Assembly: GCA_027021705.1 (NCBI GenBank)
Contig: JALUTT010000164.1
Location: 19,310 to 83,309, forward strand
Direction: 5' to 3'
DNA: 64,000 nt
DNA from: Anaerolineae bacterium
Lineage (GTDB): Bacteria; Chloroflexota; Anaerolineae; S140-20
Both the position numbers and the translations under genes were made by a program. The notes under the pieces were generated by a model, which was given only the letters and a program-made list of their open reading frames with translations, was not told the origin of the DNA and did not search any database. This document shows, one piece after another, positions 28,640-38,800 of the stretch. Position 1 is the stretch's first letter. Each line of letters begins with the position of its first letter.

Positions 28640-31600
28640 ATGAACAGGCGCAAGTTATTCAATCTGGTGTTCACTGCTATGTTACTATTGGGCTTGTTGC
28701 CGGCCATGATGAGCATTGCTCAGACATCTCCTCGACAAAGAGAATCTATGACCCGTGAGGAAGGGATCCAGACGAACACACCAACGGCCCCGCAGCAAGC
28801 GCTAAGACCCGTGGTGAGCTTGCCGCTCAAACACGACGTCTCTCCTCCTTTATCGAGCATCAAACCAATTCCTCCCAAACCAGGAGAGGTCTTGCGCGAG
28901 ATCCCGCGCCTGCCCATGCCTAAGGCACTAGCCAGCCAGTCCAAGGGTAGAGCGTTGGGACCTATCCTCCAGGACCGACCGGGTACGATTAACATGGCCC
29001 CCACCATTCAAAACTTTGAAGGTATCAACAACGTCAATGGGGTGTTGCCGCCCGATACCCAAGGTGACGTTGGCCCCAATCACTATGTCCAGTGGGTCAA
29101 CCTCTCCTTCGCTATCTGGGACAAGGACGGCAACCTGCTGTACGGCCCGGCTGATGGCAACACCCTGTGGGTCGGCTTTGGGGGGATATGTGAGAGCAAC
29201 AACGACGGCGACCCTATCACCCTCTACGACCCCATCGCCGACCGCTGGCTAATGAGCCAGTTTGCCCTGAACTTTCCCAACGATTTCCACCAGTGTATCG
29301 CCATCTCTCAAACAGGGGATCCCACCGGCGCCTGGTACCGCTATGACTATCAGGTCAGCACAACCAAGATGAACGACTACCCCAAGTTCGGGGTCTGGCC
29401 GGATGCCTACTATATGACGGCCAACCAGTTCGACGGCAGCACGTTCGCCTGGGCAGGGGCAGGTGTGTGGGCCTTTGAGCGGGACAAGATGCTCACCGGC
29501 GATGCTGCCCAGATGGTCTACTTTGACCTGTATGGGGTTAACCCCAACTACGGAGGCATGCTTCCTGCCGACCTGGATGGCTGGACCCTGCCGCCGAGTG
29601 GCACCCCCGGCCTCTTTGTCGAGTGGGACGACAGCGACTGGCTGGACGACCCCGCTGACACGCTTCGCATCTGGGAGTTCCATGTGGACTGGGACACACC
29701 GGCCAACTCGACCTTTGGCATTGGTGGGGCCCCCAACTATATGGTCACTACTGCCGACGTAGACCCCGATATGTGCGGTGGTTCCCGCAACTGCATCCCC
29801 CAGCCAGGTGGCACAGCCCTGGATGCCATCGCAGACCGGTTGATGTACCGCCTGCAGTACCGCAACTTTGGTAGCTACCAGACCCTGGTCTCCAACCACA
29901 CGGTAGATGTGGATGGCATCGACCACGCCGGCATCCACTGGTTCGAGTTACGGAACAATGGCGGCGGTTGGAATATGTATCAGGAAGGCGTCTACGCCCC
30001 GGACAGCGACCACCGATGGATGGGCAGCGTGGCTTTGGATCGGCAGGGCAACATGGCGATGGGCTATAGCGTCTCCAGCGGCGATACCTACCCTTCCATA
30101 CGTTATGCGGGTCGCCTGGCAGGCGACCCGCTGGGCACCCTGCCCCAGGCCGAGGTCGAGATCATCGCCGGCAGTGGCTATCAACAACACTCCTCCGGCA
30201 GGTGGGGCGACTATAGTATGATAGCCGTAGACCCAGTGGACGACTGCACCTTCTGGTACACCCAAGAGTACTACGAAGTCGTCGGCACCGCTCCCTGGCA
30301 GACCCGCATCGCTTCCTTCCAGTTTCCCAGCTGCCTGGGCCCCACAGGCACCCTGAGCGGCACGGTCACGGAGGACGGCAGCGGCACGCCCATCATCGGT
30401 GCGAAGATAACAGCCGAGACTAATCCGACCTTTGTGACCTACAGCCAACCGCCCAACGGAGCCTATGAGCTCTCCGCCATCCCCACGGGGACCTACACGG
30501 TGACCGCCCAGGCCTACGGCTACCTGCCCCAGACCTCCACCGGGGTGCAAGTCTATTCCGGCACCGTCACCACCCAGGACTTTCAACTGAGCGCAGCGCC
30601 CAGCTATGTCATCAGCGGCACCGTTACCGATGCAACCACTGGCTGGCCCCTCTACGCCCGTATAGACATTGACGGCTATCCAGGCGACGCTATCTGGACC
30701 AATCCGGAGACCGGGTTCTACAGCATCACCCTGGTGGCCGGGATCACCTACAATTTTGACGTGGCCGCCTGGGTGGATGGCTATCTGCCCGAAAACCGTG
30801 ATGTCGCAGTGGCGGACAATGCCACCGAGAACTTTGCTCTGGAGGCCGACCTGGCGACCTGCAATGCGCCCGGCTATGAACCGTCCTACGCCTATCTGGA
30901 AGACTTTGAAGCTGATGATGGCAACTACACCCACGGCGGGGACGAAGACGAATGGGAGTGGGGCACACCGATCGGCTGGCCCGACGGTTGCGCCGACGGC
31001 ACGAGCTGCTGGGGCACCGACCTGGACGACACCTACGGAGATAACGCCGACAACTGGTTGATGTCTCCGGTGATCACCCTCAATGGGATGCATGGACAAA
31101 ACACAACGCTCGCCTGGCAACAGGCCTGGGAGATCGAAAGTAGCACTTGGGATCATGCTTACGCCGAGATCACGCTTGATGGAGGCGCGACCTGGATCGA
31201 GATGTGGTCGCACACGGGCGGGACGGCCACCGAAGACTGGCAGGAGTTAAAATATGAGTTTACCGTCCCTGCCAGCGAGCAGATCCAGATCCGATGGCGT
31301 ATGACCAGCGACGGTTCGATCACGTACCGGGGCCTCTATGTGGACCGCGTAAGTATCCTCCGAGCATGCGTCCCGCTACCCGGTGGCCTAGTGGTGGGCA
31401 ACGTCTACGACGACAACACGGGTGATCCGCTGGTCGGCGCCGAGGTGGAGAACGAGGACAGCTACGCCACGACCACCGAAGCCACGCCCAATGACCCGGC
31501 CATAAACGACGGCTTCTACACCCTCTTCTCCCCGACCGGCTCCAAGACCTTCACCGCCACAATGAGCGGCGGCTACGCCCCTGACGTAGCGAGCGTCACT

Positions 31601-34600
31601 GTGGTCCAGAGCGACACCGTACGCCAGGACTTTTACCTGGCGGCCGGCTGGCTCTCTTACGCACCGCCAGCTCTGGAAGTGACCCTCGAACTGGGTATGA
31701 CCACCTCCCTTCCCCTTACGCTGAGCAACAACGGCGGGGTCCCAGCCAATTACGAACTGCTCGAGCTGGACAAAGGCTGGGGTCCTCTCGGTCCCTTCGA
31801 GTCGCCTCTGTACGTCGTCAAACCTTCCAAGTCCTATAGCCTGACTGCTGAAGGATTAACCCTGCTCGATCCGCCCCAAGCTCCACCCTACGCTGCCGGC
31901 GACATCATCCAAGCTTGGCCGACCGGCTTGACCTACGCTTGGGGGCTAGGATATAACACCCTGGCTACGGACTTGTGGCTGGGGAACATTGGGGCTGGCG
32001 GTGGCGATGACCTGGATTACCGCTTCTTGCCCGATGGCACCAACACAGGCGACGCCATAGACACCTCATCATGGATCGGCTACTGGGCCGGAGACATAAC
32101 CTTCAACCAGAACACCGGAATGCTCTGGCAGGTCAATGTCGGCGGCGATAACTGCATCTACGAACTGGATCCGGTCAGCCTGGCGCCGACCGGCAACAAC
32201 ATCTGCCCCGGCTTTAGCACCTCTCAGCGCGGCCTGGCCTATGACCCCACGACCGACACCTACTTTGCCGGCGGGTGGAACGACTCGATGATCCACCACT
32301 TTGCCTCGGATGGCACTATGCTGGACGAGGTGAACGTGTCCCTAGCCATCGCCGGTCTGGCTTACAACCCCGACACCCAGCACTTGTTCGTCATAGTCAA
32401 CGCTTCCCCGAACCTAGTCTACGTGTTGGACGCGACCAACAACTATGCTGTCCTGGGTCAGTTCTCCGTCGCCAGCTTTAGCGACTACGGCGGCGCCGGC
32501 CTGGCAATGGACTGCGACGGCACGCTGTGGGCTGTAGATCAACAGGCGCAAACCGTCTACCAGTTCGAGTCGGGCGAATCTACCACGATGTGCTCTTTCG
32601 ACGTGCTATGGCTCAGCGAGGACCCCATCAGTGGCACCGTTGCTTCGATGGCCAACACGCCCATCACCGTCACCTTCGACGCCGGTCAAGTGGCTCAGCC
32701 AGGAACCTACTATGCTCAACTCAAAGTCAAGGACGACACTCCCTACGACGTGCCTAACGCCCCCGTAACCATGACCGTCACCGCGCCCCCCACCTGGGGC
32801 AAGCTGAACGGCACCGTCACTGGCCTAGGCTACTGCGACGCCGACCCCAACCCCCTAGAGGGCGCTCAGATCCACATCCAGTCTGCCAACGCGGCGGTCA
32901 CGACCACGACCGTGCTGAGTGAGGACTTTGAGACCTGGCTGCCCACCGGCTGGACCATCGTCACCAATGGCGGCGACTGTACGTGGGAGAGCACGGCAAC
33001 GACCGGACGGCCCAACTATGCCGGCGGGGATGGTGAGGCCGCCGATGCCGACAGTGACTGGTGCGGCAGCGGAACCACTATGGACACCGAGCTGTGGACG
33101 CCAGCCATAGACCTCTCTGGCTACGACGAGGCCAAGCTGGACTTCGTTGCCGCCTACAACGACATCACTGCAGGTGGTGGTGACTACTTTGCAGTGGACG
33201 TCAGCTCCGACGGCGGCGCAACCTGGACTAACCTGCTCTCCTGGAACGAGGACCACGACGCCACCGGGCCGGGGGAGGCAGTCAGCATTGATCTGACGCC
33301 TTACTTGTCCGACCAGGTCGTGGTGCGATTCCACTATGTCGCCCCTGGCTGGGACTGGTGGGCAGAGGTAGACCAGGTGCGCGTCATCGGTTCTGTCTAC
33401 ACAGGAATCTGGTCGTTGGAGACCGACGAGAACGGCTACTACCAGGTCTGGTTTGACGAGGCCTATAGTCCTGTGACCGTGACCGTCACCCATCCCGACC
33501 ACGAGGATGGAATGGTTACCGAGGTAGCGGTGACCAGCCAGATGACGATCACTCAGGACTTTGACCTGCGCTGGCTCAAGCCCTGTGGCAGCGCCAGCCC
33601 GCCCTTCATGGAGGTCACCGTGGTGCGCGGCACCTCGGAGACGCTGCCGCTGGTGTTAAGCAACGACGGCGCGATGGACATGGCTTTCGAGATGAGGGAA
33701 ACCACAAAGACTTTGTCCTTGCCGTTGCCAACAACCAACCGAGCAGCCGGACACGGAGAATGGCTGTACCGCGCTTCACAAGGTGTTGCGTTATCAACCA
33801 ACACAGGTGAACAGAAATTAGCCTACCCTGCCGCCTACCGTTGGGAACCTGCTGCACCCAGCCAGTTCAACGTGCTGGTCTACGCCGATGACTTTATCCA
33901 CACGCCTCCCAATACGTACGTGGACCGGGCTTTGCAGGCGCTGGGAATCGCCTACACCGCTCACTATGACGGAGATTTCTCTGGCTTTGCAGCCGATCTC
34001 AGCAATGGCGGGCCGTGGGACCTGGTGATCTTTGAAAACACCAGCTACAACTCCAATGGTGTAGGCTTTCCAGAGATGCTGGCTTACGTTCAGGACGGAG
34101 GCAAGCTGGCCGCCGAGATTTGGACTATGCTGTGGGACAACACTGACCCGCTGTATGCCGAGATGGGTGTGAGCTATGTAAGTAACGACGTAGCAGCCCC
34201 CCCTGTCTACTGGTGGGCACCGAGCCACAACATCTTTAACGTCCCAGAGAGCGCACCCGAATGGTTGACCCGCAACTGCCCAGCCAGGTGGTCCTGCGGG
34301 CAATACCTTGATCCTGTGTCCGGAGTATCCATCGCTTTGGCCGGCTACACCACACCCGGGCCCAACGTTGGCCAAGCCACACTGATCCTGCGGAACGATG
34401 AGCAAACAGTCTACAAGGGGTTTGCCGACATCACCACCGACGCAGATATCGATGGAGACGGAACTCCGGACGGCATTGAGCTATGGGAGAACATCGCCAC
34501 TGGGTTGCTGGAGGGCTTTGGCGGCGCCGACATTCCCTGGCTCGACGAAGACCCCATCGCCGGCACCGTGTCCACCGACAGCAGTGTCCCGGTCAGCATC

Positions 34601-35563
34601 ACTTTCACCGCCTTCCCGACCATGACCGGTGGTATTTACACCGCGACCCTCATCGTAAAGACCGATGATCCGGTCAACAGCAGCCTTGACCTTCCGGTGA
34701 CTATGACTGTCGTCTATGCGCCGGTTTGCAGCTTTACGGCCAGCAGCCCAGACGATCTGGGCATGACCACTATCTTTACCAACACCACCGACGAGGGCTA
34801 CTCACCGACCACTTATCGTTGGAACTTTGGCGACGGAAGTGGGGTCAGCGCTGCAGCCAATCCCACCCACACGTACAACCTGCCCGGTCTCTACACCGCC
34901 GTCCTGACCGCCACGAACGCCTACGGCGCCAATGTCTGCACGGCCACGGTATCGGTCGAGGGTGTGGTGGCCGGCTTTACCTCCAACAGCCCGGTCCTGC
35001 TGGGCGAGGAAATGGTCTTTACCAACACCACCGTCGCCAACCCAGGCATCGTGCAGTGGATGTGGACTTTTGGCGACAGCGGAATTGCCTACACCGAGAA
35101 CCCAGTCCACACCTACACGGCTCCCGGCACCTACACCGTGACTCTGCTCGCGGCCATCGCTCCCAGCGGTCCGAACAGCCCAGAGGCACTGGAGAACGTC
35201 TACGACTTTTACGTGGACACCGTGGAGGTCATCACCGCATGCCAGCCAGTGACCGGTGCAAGCTTTAGCTGGTTGCCGGCCACACCGGTAGAGAACGAGA
35301 CAGTGACCTTCACTGGGACAGTGGCAGCTGGAACATCGCCCATCACCTACACCTGGGCCTTTGGCGACGGCGCGACGGCGAGCGGAGCCACCGTAGCCCA
35401 CGCTTATACATCGGCCGGCAACTACACGGTGTGGATGACAGCCACCAATTGCAACGGTACAGGCGTGTCGGTCATCTCGGACACGCTGGCCATAGCAGCG
35501 CCCGTATCTTCCATGCACCCCGTCTATCTGCCGCTCATCGGCAAAAATACAAGCGGCAACTAG
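28640..35563 (+). CDS. Giant secreted multidomain protein (N-terminal PPD..GPNH..RWGDY domain, carboxypeptidase-regulatory-like Ig domains, jelly-roll domains, a propeller, 3 PKD domains) with a VYLPLIGK tail
   Basis: GAGGAGG RBS; signal peptide; GTLSGTVT..G.PI.GA; WxFGDG/S PKD motifs. Confidence 0.85.
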   Translation: MNRRKLFNLVFTAMLLLGLLPAMMSIAQTSPRQRESMTREEGIQTNTPTAPQQALRPVVSLPLKHDVSPPLSSIKPIPPKPGEVLREIPRLPMPKALASQSKGRALGPILQDRPGTINMAPTIQNFEGINNVNGVLPPDTQGDVGPNHYVQWVNLSFAIWDKDGNLLYGPADGNTLWVGFGGICESNNDGDPITLYDPIADRWLMSQFALNFPNDFHQCIAISQTGDPTGAWYRYDYQVSTTKMNDYPKFGVWPDAYYMTANQFDGSTFAWAGAGVWAFERDKMLTGDAAQMVYFDLYGVNPNYGGMLPADLDGWTLPPSGTPGLFVEWDDSDWLDDPADTLRIWEFHVDWDTPANSTFGIGGAPNYMVTTADVDPDMCGGSRNCIPQPGGTALDAIADRLMYRLQYRNFGSYQTLVSNHTVDVDGIDHAGIHWFELRNNGGGWNMYQEGVYAPDSDHRWMGSVALDRQGNMAMGYSVSSGDTYPSIRYAGRLAGDPLGTLPQAEVEIIAGSGYQQHSSGRWGDYSMIAVDPVDDCTFWYTQEYYEVVGTAPWQTRIASFQFPSCLGPTGTLSGTVTEDGSGTPIIGAKITAETNPTFVTYSQPPNGAYELSAIPTGTYTVTAQAYGYLPQTSTGVQVYSGTVTTQDFQLSAAPSYVISGTVTDATTGWPLYARIDIDGYPGDAIWTNPETGFYSITLVAGITYNFDVAAWVDGYLPENRDVAVADNATENFALEADLATCNAPGYEPSYAYLEDFEADDGNYTHGGDEDEWEWGTPIGWPDGCADGTSCWGTDLDDTYGDNADNWLMSPVITLNGMHGQNTTLAWQQAWEIESSTWDHAYAEITLDGGATWIEMWSHTGGTATEDWQELKYEFTVPASEQIQIRWRMTSDGSITYRGLYVDRVSILRACVPLPGGLVVGNVYDDNTGDPLVGAEVENEDSYATTTEATPNDPAINDGFYTLFSPTGSKTFTATMSGGYAPDVASVTVVQSDTVRQDFYLAAGWLSYAPPALEVTLELGMTTSLPLTLSNNGGVPANYELLELDKGWGPLGPFESPLYVVKPSKSYSLTAEGLTLLDPPQAPPYAAGDIIQAWPTGLTYAWGLGYNTLATDLWLGNIGAGGGDDLDYRFLPDGTNTGDAIDTSSWIGYWAGDITFNQNTGMLWQVNVGGDNCIYELDPVSLAPTGNNICPGFSTSQRGLAYDPTTDTYFAGGWNDSMIHHFASDGTMLDEVNVSLAIAGLAYNPDTQHLFVIVNASPNLVYVLDATNNYAVLGQFSVASFSDYGGAGLAMDCDGTLWAVDQQAQTVYQFESGESTTMCSFDVLWLSEDPISGTVASMANTPITVTFDAGQVAQPGTYYAQLKVKDDTPYDVPNAPVTMTVTAPPTWGKLNGTVTGLGYCDADPNPLEGAQIHIQSANAAVTTTTVLSEDFETWLPTGWTIVTNGGDCTWESTATTGRPNYAGGDGEAADADSDWCGSGTTMDTELWTPAIDLSGYDEAKLDFVAAYNDITAGGGDYFAVDVSSDGGATWTNLLSWNEDHDATGPGEAVSIDLTPYLSDQVVVRFHYVAPGWDWWAEVDQVRVIGSVYTGIWSLETDENGYYQVWFDEAYSPVTVTVTHPDHEDGMVTEVAVTSQMTITQDFDLRWLKPCGSASPPFMEVTVVRGTSETLPLVLSNDGAMDMAFEMRETTKTLSLPLPTTNRAAGHGEWLYRASQGVALSTNTGEQKLAYPAAYRWEPAAPSQFNVLVYADDFIHTPPNTYVDRALQALGIAYTAHYDGDFSGFAADLSNGGPWDLVIFENTSYNSNGVGFPEMLAYVQDGGKLAAEIWTMLWDNTDPLYAEMGVSYVSNDVAAPPVYWWAPSHNIFNVPESAPEWLTRNCPARWSCGQYLDPVSGVSIALAGYTTPGPNVGQATLILRNDEQTVYKGFADITTDADIDGDGTPDGIELWENIATGLLEGFGGADIPWLDEDPIAGTVSTDSSVPVSITFTAFPTMTGGIYTATLIVKTDDPVNSSLDLPVTMTVVYAPVCSFTASSPDDLGMTTIFTNTTDEGYSPTTYRWNFGDGSGVSAAANPTHTYNLPGLYTAVLTATNAYGANVCTATVSVEGVVAGFTSNSPVLLGEEMVFTNTTVANPGIVQWMWTFGDSGIAYTENPVHTYTAPGTYTVTLLAAIAPSGPNSPEALENVYDFYVDTVEVITACQPVTGASFSWLPATPVENETVTFTGTVAAGTSPITYTWAFGDGATASGATVAHAYTSAGNYTVWMTATNCNGTGVSVISDTLAIAAPVSSMHPVYLPLIGKNTSGN

Positions 35564-35646
35564 CTCTGCTGGCAACTGTAGAAGCTGCCAATTGGAGAGA
35601 TGATGGTTCTACCTGCCTCTAACCTAGAAAAAGGGGCAGGACAACC

Positions 35647-35843
35647 GCTACTCTGTTCTTACCGGTGATTACCCATAAGTGAGCAAGAGGATGGGCTGTG
35701 GTAGGCCGTCCACGAATTTCTCGCGGATACACGAATGGGGCGGCTCCTGATTCGTGTATTCGTGCCCCATTCGTGGACGGCCCATCTCCCCACCCCCAAG
35801 ATATGGGTAATCACTACTGTTCTTAAGGTAGCGAGAACGTAGC
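35647..35843. repeat. Nested palindromic element (MITE/REP-like) between convergent genes
   Basis: gtgattacccata/tatgggtaatcac, ggccgtccacgaat/attcgtggacggcc and atacacgaat/attcgtgtat arms. Confidence 0.8.
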
Positions 35844-35878
35844 CCTCGCTCACCAGCCGAAAGGCATCGAAAGAATCC

Positions 35879-38800
35879 CTACCGACCGCCTTCCTTCAAG
35901 AGCAAAGGAAGGAAGAGGACGTGTTGGAAGGGCTCCCCTCCCGACCCAGGTGACGCCAGCAAGAGGTAGGTGCCCAACGCCGTCACCGGCGCCACCACCG
36001 CTTGCTGCCCCTCGTCCAGATGGGCCGGGACCTCCACCCACGTCTGACGAACCGGGTCCCATCGGTAGAGCCCCAGGGCCTCCGGCCTCACCGACGACGT
36101 GATGAGGGCGTCGTCGTAGTGCAGCTTTAGGACCGCCGGCCGCTCCAGGCTCGCCAACGCCCCCGACGCCGTGATGTCGTAGGGATGGCCCACCGGCACC
36201 AACCCCTGAGGTGGCGGCCCCGGCACCGCCCCCGGCGGCGTGATCACCACGTAGGCTCCATCGCCCGGCAGGCTGCCGGACGCCAGGTGCAAACTCAGGT
36301 TCCCATCGTTGGCGTAGAGGTCCCAGCTTCGATCCCCGGTCACCCGATGCAGCCGGTAGGTGGCCTGCAACCAGACCAGCCGCTCACCCACACTCCCCAC
36401 TGCCCGAATGCGCCCCATCCCCCGCGCCGTGGCCTCCAGAGAGACGGCCCCGCTATAGATGCCCGTGGCAGGGCTGTAGGCCAGGGTGGGAACATAACCG
36501 GTCTCCCCGCCCGGCTCCGTGATGACAACGGTGGGGTCTGCGTCGGGGCCAAAGCCGAGCAGGAAGATCAGCAAGTCAATCCGGTCGGGGTCCTGGCCCG
36601 GCTCGGCCACCACCCGCAGGTGGGGGATCGAACCGGTGCTCTGGACTGCCGAACCGGTCACCGGGGCCATCGTCAGGTTGAGGGTCATCGCCGTTCCCAC
36701 GGTGACGCTCCCCGCCAGCCCCCCGTCGAAAGAGGCAGCCCGCAACGTGTCTCCTGCAATGGCCCCGTAGACCGCCAGGCGGCCATTGCCGTCGGTGAAC
36801 CCCTGGCCGATAACCCGCCCATCCTGTTTGTAGAGGGCGACGATGGCCCCCCAGTAAGGCCCTTGGGGACCGTAGACGGTCAACTGACGAGGAGGGGGTG
36901 AGGGACCTTCTTGATGGACCTGGACCAGGGGCCACGCCGGCAGGCTGGATGGCATCCCCTCGGGCCCGGCCACGACACCTCCCCGATCGGCCGGGGTTGC
37001 GAGCCGCCAGCGCGGTGGGTCTTGGACGTCCCCGTACATCCGGCCCAGCGTCTCCCAATCCGACTCGCCGCGAAGCTGCCATTGAGCCGTATTCTCGCAC
37101 CGGTCAGACCAGAGGCCGGGAACGCCCCGCATCGCCAGTTCGCTGCTGGTGTAGTGGTAATCCATCGCACTGGCGTTGGTCGCATCGGTAGCGGGATTGC
37201 GGTTCTCCGGTCCGGTGCAAGAGGCCGGCACCTCACCGATCAGATTCCCGTCCTGGTCGAACAAGTAAGCAAAGTACTCATCGTACAGGTAGAGGGCGTA
37301 GTGGCCAAACTCATGGGCCAGGGTACGGTAGCCTTCGGGCCGGTCCCACGCTCCCTGGTTGCTGCTGTGACCATCCCACCCCCGGCCTATCCGAATGACG
37401 TGGGACCTATCATCGGAGGTGATGCCCCCCACGTAAGCGTGGGGCCGGACGACGTTCTTGGTCGCCACCTGCACATCGGCCTCCGCCCAGTAAGCCCCAT
37501 CGTCGTAGAGCGCCACCTGTCCCAAAGCCATCTGCCCATCGGTGAGGTCGTAGAGGTAGTCGGAGGCGTAGCGGACCGCCCGGGCGATCTCGTCCAGGTA
37601 GGCTTGGGTAGCATCCCATTCGATGGAGACGAGCAAATTGAAGAGGATGAGAGGGTGGCTCTCCCGAAGGACCAGTCGCTGCTCGCCGGAACCGCTGACG
37701 ACGAAGGGACGAGCGCTGCCGTCGGTATCCCAGATCAGGCTGGTCCGATAGACGCGGTAGGCCCAGCCCCCGTGGCCGGCCCGGGCCGTGGGTTGCTCCG
37801 CTTGGAGGGCCAGGGCGACCAGCGTGGTCCCCATATCCAGCGGACCGGCGTTGAGCAACCCGGCCCGGTCGGTGGTCCCAACGGCCTCGCCATCGGCATA
37901 GACCGTGGCCCCGGCGACGGGATTGCCCCCCTCATCCACCACCCGAATGAACCAGGGAGCCGCCACCCGGAAGGGAGGACTCTTGCCGTCCTGGGCAGGC
38001 CATAGGATAGGACCAAGGCGGTAACCAGGCTGAGCCCGGATGCGGAAGACCACGTTGTCGCTCTTGATCAGGTCCGCGCCGGCGTCCCAGACAAAGAGAT
38101 GCGACGTTCCCTCAGGCGAGGCAGAAAGCGCCGTCGTCCCATCGCCGCCGGGACCAGGCGTGGCCGGGAACCACGCCCCCCCACCGTTGGGCGAGAACTC
38201 CGGGAAGATGCGGGCGACAGGATCCCCCTCGGGATCGAAGAGGGTGTACAGAATCGAGACCTGGGTTTGGGTGATGATGTGGGGAGTTGGAGCGAGGGGC
38301 GCGTCGTGAGTGGGCCCAGGGCGGGGGATGACCACGTAAGGGGGATCGTTCACCGACGGAGCAGGGGTCCGTCGGGGGTTCCGGTAGAGCAGATTCCGGC
38401 TGACACTGCTCACCGCCAGGTCCAGGTCCCCATCGCCATCGTAATCCCCCCAAGCCAGGCCGGGGGTGCTATCGGCCTCGGCCGAGGACCAGACAGCCTC
38501 GGTCGCCAGCACCCCTCCGTCGTTGCGGTAGAGCCGGTTGGGCTGGCGATGGTTGCCCGCAACCAGATCCAGGTCCCCGTCGCCGTCATAATCCCCCCAG
38601 GCCAGGGCCGAGGTCCGATCCGACTCGTCCGAGGACCAGACCGCGCTGGTGGTCAGGACACCGTCGTCATTGCGGTAGAGCCGGTTGGGCTGCCCCGTCG
38701 CCGTCCCGTTGCCCACCGCCAGGTCCAGGTCTCCATCGCCGTCGTAGTCCCCCCATGAGAGGCTGGTGGTGTTGTCCTCCTCGGCCGAGGACCAGACGGC

